A stretch of DNA of 62,953 bases, the filler included, from Octopus bimaculoides (Eukaryota), in NCBI RefSeq assembly GCF_001194135.2. It is 6 parts of 5 records of this genome, joined end to end, with 100 filler letters (N's around TTAATTAATTAA, not from the genome) between each part and the next. Parts side by side here need not be neighbours in the genome. Positions count along the whole stretch, not along the records: positions 37,687 to 49,940 come from NC_068986.1; positions 50,041 to 60,361 come from NC_069002.1; 4 more parts are not named here. One strand, given 5' to 3'. Position numbers and translations under genes: made by a program. Shown here one piece after another: positions 39,104-52,002 of this stretch. Position 1 is the stretch's first letter. The number at the start of each line of letters is the position of its first letter. The notes under the pieces are model-generated. The model worked only from the letters and a program-made list of their open reading frames with translations, made no database searches and had not been told where the DNA came from.

Positions 39104-39946
39104 GCACATACAGAGTTATACATACAGAAATACATAAATGCATGCATTTGTATGTACATACATACATACATATATACATAGACATGGCTACATGATAAGA
39201 TGTTCCCACTTCAGTCCCACTGAGTGGCACCTTGAGCAAGTGCTTTTACTATAGCGCTGGGCCAACCAGTGTCTTGTGAGTTGATCGGATAGATGGAAAC
39301 TAAAAGAAGCTCATTGTAAAAACACACACATATGCACATGCACACACACACACACACACGTGGCTGTACTTGAGAAGACCCGTCAAGCCAAGTGGAATCG
39401 TAGTCATAGCTGGTACTGGTGACACGTAAAAGGCACCGATGCTGGTGACACGTAAAAGGCGCCCATGTCGGTAACACATAGAAGGCACCCATGCCATTAG
39501 AGGTAAAAGGTACCCACTGCATTCTTGGAGTGGTTGACATTAGGAAGGGCATCCAGCTGTAGAAATCAAGCCAAATCAGACGGGAACCTGATACAGCTCT
39601 CTGGCTTACCAGTTCTAGTCAAACCATCTAACCCATGCCAGCATGGAAAGCGGATGCTAAATGATATATATATACATATATATATATGCACACCTAACAC
39701 TCTATACATATATACATTTCTTTATTGCCCCCAGGGGACTAAACATAGAGGGGACAAACAATGACAGACAAAGGGATTGAGTTGATTATATTGACCTCAG
39801 TGCATAGCTAGTACTTATTGAATTGACCCCGAAAGGATGAAAGGCAAAGTCAACCTCAGTGGAATTTGAACTCAGAATGTAACAGCAGATGAAATACCAC
39901 TTGGCATTTCACCCGGCGTGCTAATGATTCTCCCAGCAGGCTGCTC
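38637..39946. mobile_element. Cluster: SINE A (38637-38945 +), partial SINE A (39203-39320 +), RTE 3' UTR/tail (39361-39666 +), SINE B (39716-39946 -)
   Basis: Each piece matches its family copies elsewhere in the window. Confidence 0.88.
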
Positions 39947-40011
39947 TTTATATATACACACATACACACACACATACACACACACACACAAACATATATA
40001 TGTATGTATAC

Positions 40012-40047
<36 letters not shown>

Positions 40048-40400
40048 ATACACACACACACACGTATATATATATGTATGTATGTACATGTATGATGATA
40101 ATTACGTATATGTATATGTAAAGGAGGAATGGCTCAGTGGTTCGAGATCAGGCTTACATACATGGAAACATTCGTACATACATGCGTATAAACATATATA
40201 CATGCATATATGGTGGCTGTTGACTTGCTGCCAAGTATAACAACATATTGTACTACTTTCTTCCCTCTTAAAACTCTAGTGTCACCTTGACATGTGTTTT
40301 AAGATGACACACGCACACATGTACACATACATACTTATATACATGTATACATACATACACAGGCATGTACATACATACATACTTACATACATTCATACAT

Positions 40401-40480
40401 CTTCCCCTCGCTCTTCCCCTCGCTCTTCCCCTCGCTCTTCCCCTCGCTCTTCCCCTCACTCTTCCCCTCGTTCTTCCTCT
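40401..40480 (+). repeat. 12-mer tandem repeat CTTCCCCTCGCT (about 6 copies)
   Basis: Read directly. Confidence 0.95.
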
Positions 40481-41421
40481 TTACTACTACGTATCTCGCT
40501 TTACCCCTCTCGTTCTTCCTCTGTTACTACTACGTATCTTTTTTCCCCCTCGTACTTCCTCTCTTTCTCTTTTCCTCTCGTTGCTCACCTATTCTTCTAC
40601 TTCCTCCCTTTGTTTCTCCCTCTGCCACTCTCACTCTTCCCCTTACACNNNNNNNNNNNNNNNNNNNNNNNNNNNNNNNNNNNNNNNNNNNNNNNNNNNN
40701 NNNNNNNNNNNNNNNNNNNNNNNNNNGGTCAATAATCCTTTTCTTCCTTGGCTGTCGCCGAGCAAACAAGCGAACCACTTCATCCCTACTTTCAAGTTCG
40801 TGCCTCACAGCGTTCATACACAAACAATTTTTCTCGTCTGGCCGTAAAGCCTTTTCTGTTTGTTTTCCTGTCTTGTTTTTTGTCCGCCATGACATTCCTC
40901 CATGGCAAGATTTAATTTGTGTATACAAATTTAATTTGCAGTCCATGGGAAGAGCTGTTTTAACGATGCGTCCTGCCTAGCTCTTCGAAACGCTGGTGTT
41001 AAAATGGAGGTAGCTGATGAAGTAGAATGTTCTCTATGTGGCTTGTGTGTTTTCTCGTCTCTGTTTTGTTTGCAATGTCCTGTACCCAGATATGCACCTA
41101 TACATACAGGTGGATGTCGGTATGCACATACCTGTGCGTATATATGCATATACTCATTTACTATTTGTTTTTACATACTTACATACATACATACATACAT
41201 ACATGTATACATGCATGTGTGTGTATGTATATATGGCAAGCATGACCATTGCTGACAGCTAAATATCAGCTATGCTCGTGTACAACACCATAACTCTCAC
41301 CAGCAATACCTAGAAGTCCTGAGACAAGTGTAAGCCTTCTTCAAGAGAGATGCCTTAATGAAGACCAGGGGTCCCTCACTGCCAAGTATTTCTACATCCC
41401 AAGTATTTCTACCCAAATATT

Positions 41422-41813
41422 CCTTCCTTCCTTTGGCACTCCGTCACTTACGACGTCGAAGGTTCCAGTTGATCCGATCAACAGAACAGCCTGCTCGTGA
41501 AATTAACGTGCAAGTGGCTGAGCACTCCACAGACACGTGTACCCTTAACGTAGTTCTTGGGGATATTCAGCGTGACACAGTGTTACAAGGCTGACCCTTT
41601 GAATTACAGGCACAACAGAAACAGGAAGGAAGAGTGAGAGAAAGTTGTGGTGAAAAAGTACAGCAGGGTTCGCCACCATCCCCTGCCAGAGCCTCATGGA
41701 GTTTTAGGTGTTTTCGCTCAATAAACACTCACAACGCCCGGTCTGGGAGTCAAAACAGCGATCCTATGACTGCGAGTCTGCTGCCCTAACCACTGGGCCA
41801 TTGCACCTCCACA
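41422..41813 (-). mobile_element. SINE C, full length, with 11-bp TSD
   Basis: ACCCAAATATT at 41411-41421 and 41814-41824. Confidence 0.95.
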
Positions 41814-42236
41814 ACCCAAATATTTCTACCCAAGTATTTCTACATCCCATTGCTCATAGTTAACCCATAGCTGGGACCTAATAGGTGGTATTATTCTGGG
41901 TCAGAGTCGACCTGGGAAAAATAGTGTCTAAGAAGTGGTTCCACACTTCTCAAAATCATGGACCTCTTGAACCATACATACATGCATACATATGCATGTA
42001 TCATATACATAAATATACAAGCATGCAAAGACATATGCTTACATATACACACACATAGGTATATATATTGTTTCATATCAACATTAAAGGAAATATTTTC
42101 AAATTGTGCAGAGGATGACTCTGGTTTTCTTCATTCAGATTCGATAAAATAGGTACCAGTTGAGCATTGGGGTCAAATGACTTAGCCTCTTCCCCAAAAT
42201 TGCTGGCCTTGTGCTAAAATTTGAAACCAATATTAA

Positions 42237-42447
42237 CCCTTTAGCATTTAAACTGGCCACATTCTGTGCAATATATTTTACCTGTTTTATGCTTATACTG
42301 GCTAGATCCAGCTTTTCATACCTTGCCTACAATGTTATTCTAGAAATAAACTGTTACAGTATTGAAACCCTAATTCTTTGAGATTAATTCAAAAGAATGT
42401 GAATAAATAAGCATTACATTTGACGAAGTAATCTGAATGCTAAAGTT
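42237..42447. mobile_element. piggyBac-type MITE (abuts a SINE B 3' fragment at 42125-42232)
   Basis: TTAA|CCCTTTAGCATT ... AATGCTAAAGTT|TTAA; the outer two bases of the right TIR are mutated. Confidence 0.8.
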
Positions 42448-42529
42448 TTAAAGGAAATATAAATAACAGTTTGCATTATTTTTGCAATCTTTTCAAACTT
42501 GTCAATTTTATATAACTGATATCTCATGC

Positions 42530-43135
42530 AGCTATTCCCAACTTCCACACATTTTACATCATCTGTGCTATGACCTATAAATTCCCTAGCTCAGTCCTCC
42601 ACCTGTTTACCCCAACTCATTATCACAGTTGATTAAGCTTCTACACATGTTCACTGTTCCCTACATTTACCTATCTCCATCCATCCGCCACTTTCCTTTC
42701 ACATTCTAGTGAACCTACTTACCTACCTGTTATTCTGCACAATCCTCTGTACCACTTCTCTTATATACAGGAGTGCATACCCTCCTGTAACTTGAGGGAA
42801 TGCCCTGACATACCTTTACCATTAATTTCTCTCTTTTCCAGCTGAGGTAGCCATGTATCTCCTCTACAGCAAGATACCTGTTACTGTCCACTCTCCATCA
42901 TACTTTAATCTCTCATCATCCAGCATAAAACCACCTCCCTTAATACAACACTCTCCCTCAGTTGAGAGGGCCTTGTCTTGCAAGTTACTTGGTGATCTCA
43001 CTAGTGCTGGTACTGCATAAAAAGCACTCAACACACTCTATAAAGTGGATGGTACTAATAAGAGCACCCAAAACCATATGGAAGCAGACATTAGTGTTTG
43101 CCACAGCCCTCTAACTCACTGGGTCCTGTCAAATC
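42530..43135 (+). mobile_element. Old repeat G, longer copy
   Basis: Shares blocks with 34690-35545; class not determined. Confidence 0.65.
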
Positions 43136-43188
43136 TTTGTGGAATGCTGTGGCAAGGGTATACATAATGAAATGCACATGCTCACATG

Positions 43189-43522
43189 CGTTGTTGTTGT
43201 TGGCACTCCGTCGCTTACGACGTCGAGGGTTCCATTTGATCCAATCAGTGGAACAGCCTGCTCGTGAAATTAACGTGCAAGTGGATGAGCACTCCACAGA
43301 CACGTGTACCCTTAACGTAGTTCTCGGGGATATTCAGTGCGAGTGAGAGAAAGTTGTGGTGAAAGAGTACAGCAAGGTTCGCCACCATCCCCTGCCGGAT
43401 GCCTCGTGGAGCTTTAGGTGTTTTTGCTCAATAAACACTCACAACGCCCGGTCTGGGAATTGAAACCGCGATCCTATGACCACAAGTCTACTGCCCTAAG
43501 CACTGAGCCATTGCGCCTCCAC
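43189..43522 (-). mobile_element. SINE C with ~55-nt internal deletion
   Basis: Matches 41422-41813 but lacks GTGACACAG...CAGGAAGGAA. Possible TSD ACATGCT(C/G)ACAT at 43176 and 43524. Confidence 0.93.
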
Positions 43523-43657
43523 GACATGCTGACATACATATACACATATATTAACACATACAAACATATATATTCATACATATATATTCTTACTTATGTC
43601 AGCATGGAAGATGGACATTAAATGTCATAATGTATTATATATAAGCCGAGTTAGCCC

Positions 43658-43709
<52 letters not shown>

Positions 43710-43809
43710 TTTTGGCAGAAAGTTAGAAACTTTCAGCGGGGGGGGGGGGGGGCAAGTTGATTATATTGATCCTGTACTCAACTGGTACTTATTTCATTGA
43801 CCCTGTGTT

Positions 43810-45920
43810 TTATAAAAGTTATGATTATTTTCCAGTTTTATCATTTTTATTAAAGAGCTTTCATATCTTCATATTAGTCTTCTACAGCTAGTCTGGAACA
43901 ATAACGTTTCTGAACATTTGCAAACCTTTACAGTCTAATGTGTAAGACCTTAAATACATTTGGTATCTACTTTAACTTCTTATATCCTAGTCAAATTTTT
44001 CTAAGCTTTTCCGCCAAAGGATTTTTTTTTTTGTTTTGTTGCATTTATGTAAGATTTTCCACCTAAATCTTTTGGCCATTAGGCTTTCATGTCAGTAGCC
44101 ATGTATTGATTTAATGTATGTGTATTGTTTGTGCATTTATTTTGGTATTGTGTATAACTTCCATGATTAATGTCCTGTTTTTTGTGAAGAATTTTATTGG
44201 GTATTATCATCTAGTATTATCCTCAAGTATTTTTCTAACTTTGGTAGCATGTTTGTATACCAAAGATTGCTACATGTTGTAAATGCACTGAAATACTAGT
44301 ACAATATTCTCGTGTTCAAAGCCAACATGGTAGTGTTGTACTAGTCTGTCCAGTATGTCAGCTGGAATCCTGACGTTCACAATTTCAGTTTCACAATCAA
44401 ATTGTAGATTACATTGGTCATTAGTAGTTTGTTCTGAGGCATACACACTTATGGTGTGTTATTGATAAGGAGATTTTTGATCTTGGTACTTTTGCAGTAT
44501 ATCATTGGCCTAATTTTATGGTTGGGTGTGATGTCTTTTGTGTCCCATTTTATTAAGTTTTTGATTATGGCTTCATCTGTTCGAAAGTTATTATGCAGTT
44601 AATTCAAATAATAAATTTTATGTGTGATCTGTGTATATATCTTTGATGTATTTGTTGCACTTGTTTCTGTATATTTCTATAGATGAGTCTACTAGTTTGT
44701 TGGAATATCCATTGTGTTATTTTGTAGATTTCTTCCTTTAGTGCAGTGTTTATGACTGAGAATATGTTTCTCTTCAAAGGAATGATTTTACTTCAGATAT
44801 CTTATAGTTTGTGGGTATCCACTGTATCCATATGCATTTGTTTCATTATTTGGTGTATACTGACATAATGTATCTGTTTTTCCAATCTCAATATTTAAGT
44901 CTACAAACAAGATCTCATTTGTATTATTTTGGATGTTAAACTTTAGTTCGGAGTTGTTTTCTAAGTCTTCTTTTAGTCTCTCCACTTCCTTAAGTGTATC
45001 CATTACAATTAGTTTATAATCTATGTATCTGAAGTATATTACATGTTTATGCTATGGTAGTATTCTGTTCTTGTTTGTAAATCAGCAGATGCTGCAAATG
45101 CAGGTCATAAGGGGAACCCATGGCTACTCCATCTGTTTGTACAAATTACAATATGGACAGTGAAGAAATATTTCAGTTATACACATCATTTTCTTTTATC
45201 TTTTATCTCTTACTTGTTTCAGTCATTAGACGATGCCCATTCTGAGGTATTGTCTTGAATAGGTTTTAGTCAAATAAATTGACCCCAATACTTATTTTTA
45301 TTTTTAGCCTGGTACTTATTCTATCAGTTATTTTTTTGCCAAACTGCTATGTTATGGGGGATGTAAACAAACCAACACTGGTTGTTGAGCAGTGGTGGGG
45401 GACAAACACAGACACACATATATACACAGCAGGCTTCTTTCAATTTCCGTCTACCAAATCTACTCACAAAGCTTTGGTTAGCCCAAGGCTATAGTAGAAG
45501 GTGCCAACAATGGGACTGCAGTGGTTAGAAAGTAAGCTTCTTATCATAGAGTCACACCTGTGTCTATCATAAATAGCTGGTTTTGTTTTTGAGTGTTTAT
45601 ATACATTCTCCATTATGATTTCTATCATTTCTGCCAGTGAGACATTAGTGAACAAACTTTCTACATCTAAGGTAGAGATGTTAACTACTGTATTGTTTTC
45701 TTCTAAAATCTGCAAATATTCCTTATTTTATATTTCTCTTGTATGTATTCTCTGTTTATTTGTTTGGTGATTAAATGTACAGATGTATTTATTTGTGATA
45801 TTATGGGTCTGAGAGCATTGGTTTGGTTCTACATCTTTTTCTGTGCCATATATATATATGCTGGGAAGAATTCTCCTTCAAAGAATGGAAAGTCAAGGTC
45901 AAGGGAGCCTATTTGTGCAC
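43810..45920 (-). pseudogene. Degenerate PLE2: RT + GIY-YIG, interrupted by SINE A
   Basis: Collinear broken motifs AYIYG, ALRPIISQI, TLDVESLFTNV, QTDGVAMGSP, YFRYID, LKFNIQ...EILFVDLNI, then NVIY...HTGQTSTTL. Confidence 0.85.
45195..45562 (-). mobile_element. SINE A inserted in the PLE2 RT
   Basis: Reverse complement of the family A sequence, lying between RT motifs A and B. Confidence 0.88.
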
Positions 45921-45921
45921 A

Positions 45922-46113
45922 TATTCTTTTATTCTTTGGCTTGTTTCAGTCATTTAATTGCAGACATGCTGGAGCACTGCCTTGAATGATTTCTCAACTG
46001 CAGGACTTATTCTTTGTAAGCCTAGTACTTATTCTAATGGTCTCTTTTGTTGAGCTGCTAAGTTACAGGGATGTAAACACACTGACATCGGTTGTGAAGC
46101 AATGGTGGGGCAA

Positions 46114-46157
<44 letters not shown>

Positions 46158-46320
46158 CACACATATACGATATGCTTCTTTCAGTTTCCATCCACCAAAT
46201 CAACTCACAATGCTTTGGTTGGCCTGAAGCTATAGTAGAAGACACTTGCCAAAGGTGCATGCAGTGTGATTGAACCTGGAACCTTGTGGCTGGGAAGCAA
46301 ACTTCTTACCACACAGCCAC
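45922..46320 (-). mobile_element. SINE A, full length
   Basis: Ends (on plus) in CTTACCACACAGCCAC. Confidence 0.93.
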
Positions 46321-47267
46321 TCAGATAGATACATTTATTTGAGAATTCCAATTGTGTTTACATTAGCTCGTGCAGCACCACCTTCAAAGCCAGAGTAGGC
46401 AACCATTATTCTAGCTTCAAATCCCAAGCAAGAACTAACAGCACTTCTTTATCTCAGCTAATTCACAACCTAAAACATTATCTCAGCTGATTCACATATA
46501 ATTTTAAATGATCCATACTTACCCACGTAAAACTGTATAACGGCTATAACAACAAATGCAATCTATCATTGCTGAAGTATTTTCTATTAGGCAACTCACC
46601 AATTGTTTGAACAAACAAAATGATCTAATTTTTAATTGCGGACATAGACTATGCAACACATTCTCAAAGTACAAATAACAGTGCCTCCCTCCCTTGTGTC
46701 ATTCCCCAACCATTCCTCTACCCCCACTTGCAGCTCTTCTATGTATTTATAAAAAAAAACTTTTTAACTACCTTTATAATTTTTATATAAATTTAAAAAA
46801 TTTTATTTCTTTATTTTATACCTTAAAGTTTTCCTCACACTTTTATCTCCCAACATCTTCCTTCTGCACATGAGGATATACAGGGGCCCACACACACATG
46901 CACATCCACTAGATACTACAGGCACACGCATGTGCATGCTAATATGAGCCTGTATAGTTTTAAAATTAAGTGATAAACTACCAACATACATAGAACTATT
47001 ATGTTCCTCTACTGACCCAAAACACTATTTTCTATCTCCCTCTCCTAACAAATTCTATCTTAATACCACTCCTATATCTTCTTTTTCTTTGACTCTGTTT
47101 AAATGTATTTACAGGGTTCCAAAATATATTTACATATTTATTCTACAGTAGACCCAGTAAATGGGTCTACTTATTTATTCAGTTCTATATTTAAGAGATA
47201 AGTAATTATCTACATTATTTGCATTATTTACATTTGACGGATATTTGTCCTCATCTTGTTTGTTGTT

Positions 47268-47313
47268 AACACAACGTTTCGGCTGATATACCCTCCAGCC
47301 TTCATCAGGTGTC
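47268..47313 (-). ncRNA. Minimal type I hammerhead (intact); the forward copy at 48391-48436 has C3U
   Basis: Identical to 29156-29201. Confidence 0.8.
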
Positions 47314-47405
47314 TTGGGGAAATTTCGAACCTGGGTTCTCATTCCTAAGGTATTTTTTGATGATGATGATGATGATGTTTTTGTTGTTCACAATGGAAAA
47401 GGAAG

Positions 47406-48217
47406 TTCACAATGGAAAAAGAAAATGTCAATCAGCTAGCATTCCTGGACATATTAATAACATGCACCAAGTATGGATTCCGGACATCTGTATACCGCAA
47501 GCCAACCTTCACTGGACAATACCTCAACTACAATTCCCACCATCCATGCAGTGTAAAGAGAGGGATTGCTCAGTGCTTAAAACACTGAGCAAAGAATATA
47601 AGTAGCGATCGTGATGTCCACCATGAAGAAATGATCAAGCTCAGTAACAATCTATAAAGCAACAACTACCCCAAAAACATACTATCCACTCCAATTATGA
47701 AGAAAAGAGAGGATGAAACAAAAAACTGTCCACAGTCTGTCTGCCCTATGTGAAAGGCTTCTCCGAAAAGATACAAAAGATATGCGGCACATATGACCTC
47801 AGGACAGTGTTCAAGAGTAATACGACACTTCGCAAGTATATCCTTTGAGTAAAACCACCAACAGAAGAGAATATGACCAAAAACTGCATGTACTCCATCC
47901 CATCAAGCTGTGGCAGGTCATACAAAGGCAAAACATGTCGCCTCCTCAAAACAAGGGTAGAGGAACATTGCAAAGCTGTGACATGGGGAGATATTGATAA
48001 ATCGGGTATAGCTGATCATGTATGGAAAAATGGAGACCACTTCCCCCTGTGGGATGAAGTTAAAATAATAGACAGAGAACACCATTAGAAAATATGAAAA
48101 CTAAAAGAAGCAGCACATATGCTAGGACATAACTACCTCCTAAGCAGACTGAGTGCAGATATGAATAGCATATGGGAACCAATATTAAGGAAGTATAGGA
48201 AAATATTAGATTTATGA
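47406..48217 (+). pseudogene. PLE1 RT thumb + GIY-YIG endonuclease
   Basis: FTMEKENVNQLAFLDILI...VYRKPTFTGQYLNYNSHHP...LPYVKG...KNCMYSIPSSCGRSYKGKTCRLLKTRVEEH...SGIADHVW...KLKEA. By my reading it has five internal stops and one frameshift. Confidence 0.93.
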
Positions 48218-48904
48218 GCCCTAAATTTCACTCCATAATTGCCCACAGGCATATGGTATAGTGGTTAAGAGCGTGGGCTACTAACCTCAAGATTCCGAGT
48301 TCGATTCCAGGCAGTGACCTGAATAATAATAATAATAATAACATTGAAAAATACGTTAGGAATGAGAACCCAGGTTCGAAATTTCCCCAAGACACTTGAT
48401 GAAGGCTGGAGGGTATATCAGCCGAAACGTTGTGTTAACAACAAAGAAGATGAGGACAAATATCCATCAAATGTAAATAATGTACTTATTTATTCTACAG
48501 TAGACCCAGCTTAAATTCACAGACATTCTCCTATCCAGCTTCAATAATACCAAATTTCCCCTCCCCCCACTCTTCCCTTTTTCTTTATTCTTATTCTTTT
48601 CCTTAACAAATTTAGACATTTACCCCACTCCCATATATTATTTCTCCACAAATATGTTTTCCCTTTTGTTCTCTCACTCTGTGCTTTCCATACATTTTGG
48701 ATCAAATGTCCTGTAAGTTAATATGGGATCCCTTGATGACAATGTAACCTTCATTTGATTAAGGTATCTTTGGCTCAATGAGTAGCGAGTGGATTACCAC
48801 TTGTCTGGGTAATTACTACTTCTGAGGTTCTGCTAGATATGAAACATATGTAGCCTGGATTTTATCTACTCCATTCCCTAATTTTGTATATATATATATA
48901 TATA

Positions 48905-49112
48905 CTGGGTGTTCAAAAAGTCTCCGCAGTGAATTTTTTTCTCCAAGATGTATTTCAAAACATGTGTAGAAGAGTCAACTTATGTATTGAAAATGAAGTA
49001 CGACACTTTCAACACCTCTTATAATTTTTTTTAAAGCCTAATAAAGTCTAATATATTCCTTTGTAGTCTTATACCATCTTATAAGTTGCGGGGTAACTTT
49101 TTGAACACCCTG
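48905..49112. mobile_element. Tc1/mariner-type MITE
   Basis: TA|CTGGGTGTTCAAAAAGT ... ACTTTTTGAACACCCTG|TA: 17-bp TIR with one mismatch and TA TSD. Confidence 0.88.
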
Positions 49113-49259
49113 TATAAAGAAAGAAAGAAAGAAAGAACACAAATGGGTTGAATTTTACTATAGCTGTTTTACACATGTTTTTATTGATGAAAACACTGAT
49201 TGCATCATGAAAACACAATATTTTTCAGGGGAATTAAAACTTTCCATCTNNNNNNNNNN

Positions 49260-49490
49260 TGTGTGTGTGTGTGTGTGTTTGTGTGTTTGTGTGTGTGTGT
49301 GTGTGTGTGTTTGTGCATCTGTGTTTGTCCCCCCATCATCGCTTGACAACCGATGTTGGTGTGTTTAAGAAACCAATAGAATAAGTACTAGGCTTACAAA
49401 GAATAAGTCCTGGGGTCAATTTGTTCGACTAAAGGCAGTACTCCAGCATGGCCTCAGTCAAATGACTGAAACAAGTAATAGAGTAAAGAG
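49260..49490 (+). mobile_element. SINE A 3' half
   Basis: Tail CAGCATGGCC.CAGTCAAATGACTGAAACAAGTAA. Confidence 0.92.
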
Positions 49491-49901
49491 TTCAGAGAGA
49501 ATATCAATATATGAATTTTGTGATGACCCTCTCATTTTGGCAATGAGAGAATAAATCTGTACTGAAACATGGCCATATATAATATGAGTAATGTTATAAA
49601 CCTATCAACAAAGAAGACAACTTGATGGTGATGATAAAGTTTGTGAGGACAACAGAGGGAACAAAAATATCAAGATATAAAGCTATTGAAGAAGACAGGG
49701 AGAAAGGAGGATCGGAATGAACAGGGAAATTATAGTGTGGAGGAGCAGAATGTCAAGTAGAGAAGACATAATTATTGGCAAACATTAGAACAGGATCGTT
49801 TACGATAACGAATACTAATATTAACAAATACAAATACTCAAACACACATGTCATCATACAGATACGTACAAGTAAATACATACATTTACATTTACATATA
49901 C

Positions 49902-49940
<39 letters not shown>

Positions 49941-51951
49941 NNNNNNNNNNNNNNNNNNNNNNNNNNNNNNNNNNNNNNNNNNNNTTAATTAATTAANNNN
50001 NNNNNNNNNNNNNNNNNNNNNNNNNNNNNNNNNNNNNNNNTATATATATATATATATATATGATATAATATATGTATATATATATAGTGTTGTTTGTTTC
50101 AGACTCAACAACCATTTTCAGAATAAATCTGATGCGTAACAAAGACCATTCGACAGAATTATCAAAATGAAAAAGTCAAGGAAACAAAAAGAAGAAATTT
50201 TAATGACACTTATGGCAAAATAAGGGCAGCTATGAAACGATCTAGAAGTTAAGTTTTGCAAGTTGTCAGAGAGAATGTTTAGTTAGAAAATCAACATTGA
50301 TTCCTAATATTGACATAAAATGTTGCTGGACGATATATTTGAAGATTTGTCCAATTCCTTTGCTGATATTTTAAATGATCAACCCAAACGTAAAGAGGCC
50401 CAAATATACATCTGGTAGTATTTTGTTTATCGTTCTGTTGGTTCTGAAACTGAACTGCTTAACAGGAAAAAAAAAGTGCCGTTAAATATGAAAATAAAGT
50501 AAAAGAGCGTCATCTGTGAAGGCAAACATTTCTTCGCTTCCTTCTTGTATCTGTCCCTCTATTGTTTCCTTCAAGAAATAATGGCTTTGAATAACGATCA
50601 ATACGAAACATTAGATTTCGTTATTTCTCAGGGCACCCGAATATTAGTCATTTCTTTATACTTTCAAATTTAATATTGGCAAGGGAGCGACAATTCTAAT
50701 TGTAGTAAATTTATGAGAAATACGTCGACGATTATTATTCCGTTTTGTTGTTGTCTAGCGTAGTTTAAGAGTAATAAGATGCCTAAACACACTTGTACCG
50801 TATTTTCTTTGAAACTGCCTTCGCAGAGATGTTAAGGTAAAGTGCAGGCGACTGTGTGTTTGGAAAATGTTGGTTCCAAATCGGTGTAAATAATGATATT
50901 CGTTAACGTCTCTCACCATTTAGATTTCGCTTATACCAGCCAAAAGAAATTAGATTTTTTTCTGGTTCGGGAAACTCTTTTAAATTTGATTTGCTTTGTG
51001 AGTGCTTATTTGAAAACAGTCCAAAAATAACCAAAATTGGAATGATCTTTGGAATGGTGCTATAATAATATTTGCATTATGATGAGAATGCTTGCAGTCA
51101 GAACGGTAGTATTGACCTCATTGTGTGGCAGCTTTTAATCTTTTCACTCACCGTGCCATGGGTGCAGTGAATCAAGGTGGGTTCGTATACTAAATTTAAC
51201 ATATAAAATAATTAGCAACAACTATATATGAAAATTAAAGGAGATACACAGTTGAAAGCCTTCTAATCTGTGGTGTAAGTCTCGAGGAAGCATCTTTTGT
51301 AGATATATCGTGTTAAAAAAGCACAGAACTGTATCAACAGTAAACATTTTAAATATTTCTGAGCTTTTTAACACTATACGGTTATAAGAAATTCTTTCTC
51401 GAGACGAATACCGCAATTAGGAAGCCTTTAACAATATATTTGCTTAATTTTTATATACAGATCGCTAATTTGGATTAATACTGCTTCGTCGCTAATAACG
51501 AGTATGAAATATATATCAGCATCGTCTTGGAGTTGAATTATATAGTTCCTCTTACAAACTGTGGCCTTCAGAGTAAGCAGTATTTATTGATATAAATAAT
51601 ATTGTATTGTATTCAGTTATATGTTATATATTATCTATATATTAATACACTAAGGCCGAATGCGTTACGCTGACGAATGCGTTACGATGAAGGGAGAGGC
51701 GAAGAGTGACAGAAAAAGTGCGAGAGAAAAAAAGAGGGAAAGAGAAAGAGAGAGAGACAAAAAAATGGTCGGGAAAACTGTTAACACGTGATGCCGGGGA
51801 AAATAATAGTTATTGTGCTAAGACGCTGTTAGGTAGTTAGTTGAAGGGAGAAACGAAAAGAGAGGGGGGAGTTTTAGCGCTGAGAAGTAAGAGAAAGGTA
51901 ATGTTATTACGTTGTGTGGTTAGTTGGAGAAAGAGGTAGAAAGAAGACACG

Positions 51952-52002
<51 letters not shown>

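Larger units (their letters stand above)
47180..48484 (+). mobile_element. PLE1: 5'-truncated Penelope-like element with inverted 5' terminal repeat (47180-47360) and 3' terminal repeat (48248-48484)
   Basis: RT/EN pseudogene flanked by the module; 23-bp direct repeat at 47135-47157 and 48487-48509. Confidence 0.92.

Noticed and set aside
48248-48320. tRNA gene with anticodon ACT
   Set aside because: A and B boxes and a CT-ACT-AA loop are present, but the acceptor, D and T stems do not pair properly. It is a tRNA-derived head.
51657-51686. 13-bp direct repeat CGAATGCGTTACG (and the 21-bp tandem duplication at 15517-15558)
   Set aside because: Consistent with ordinary slippage duplications, with no associated structure.
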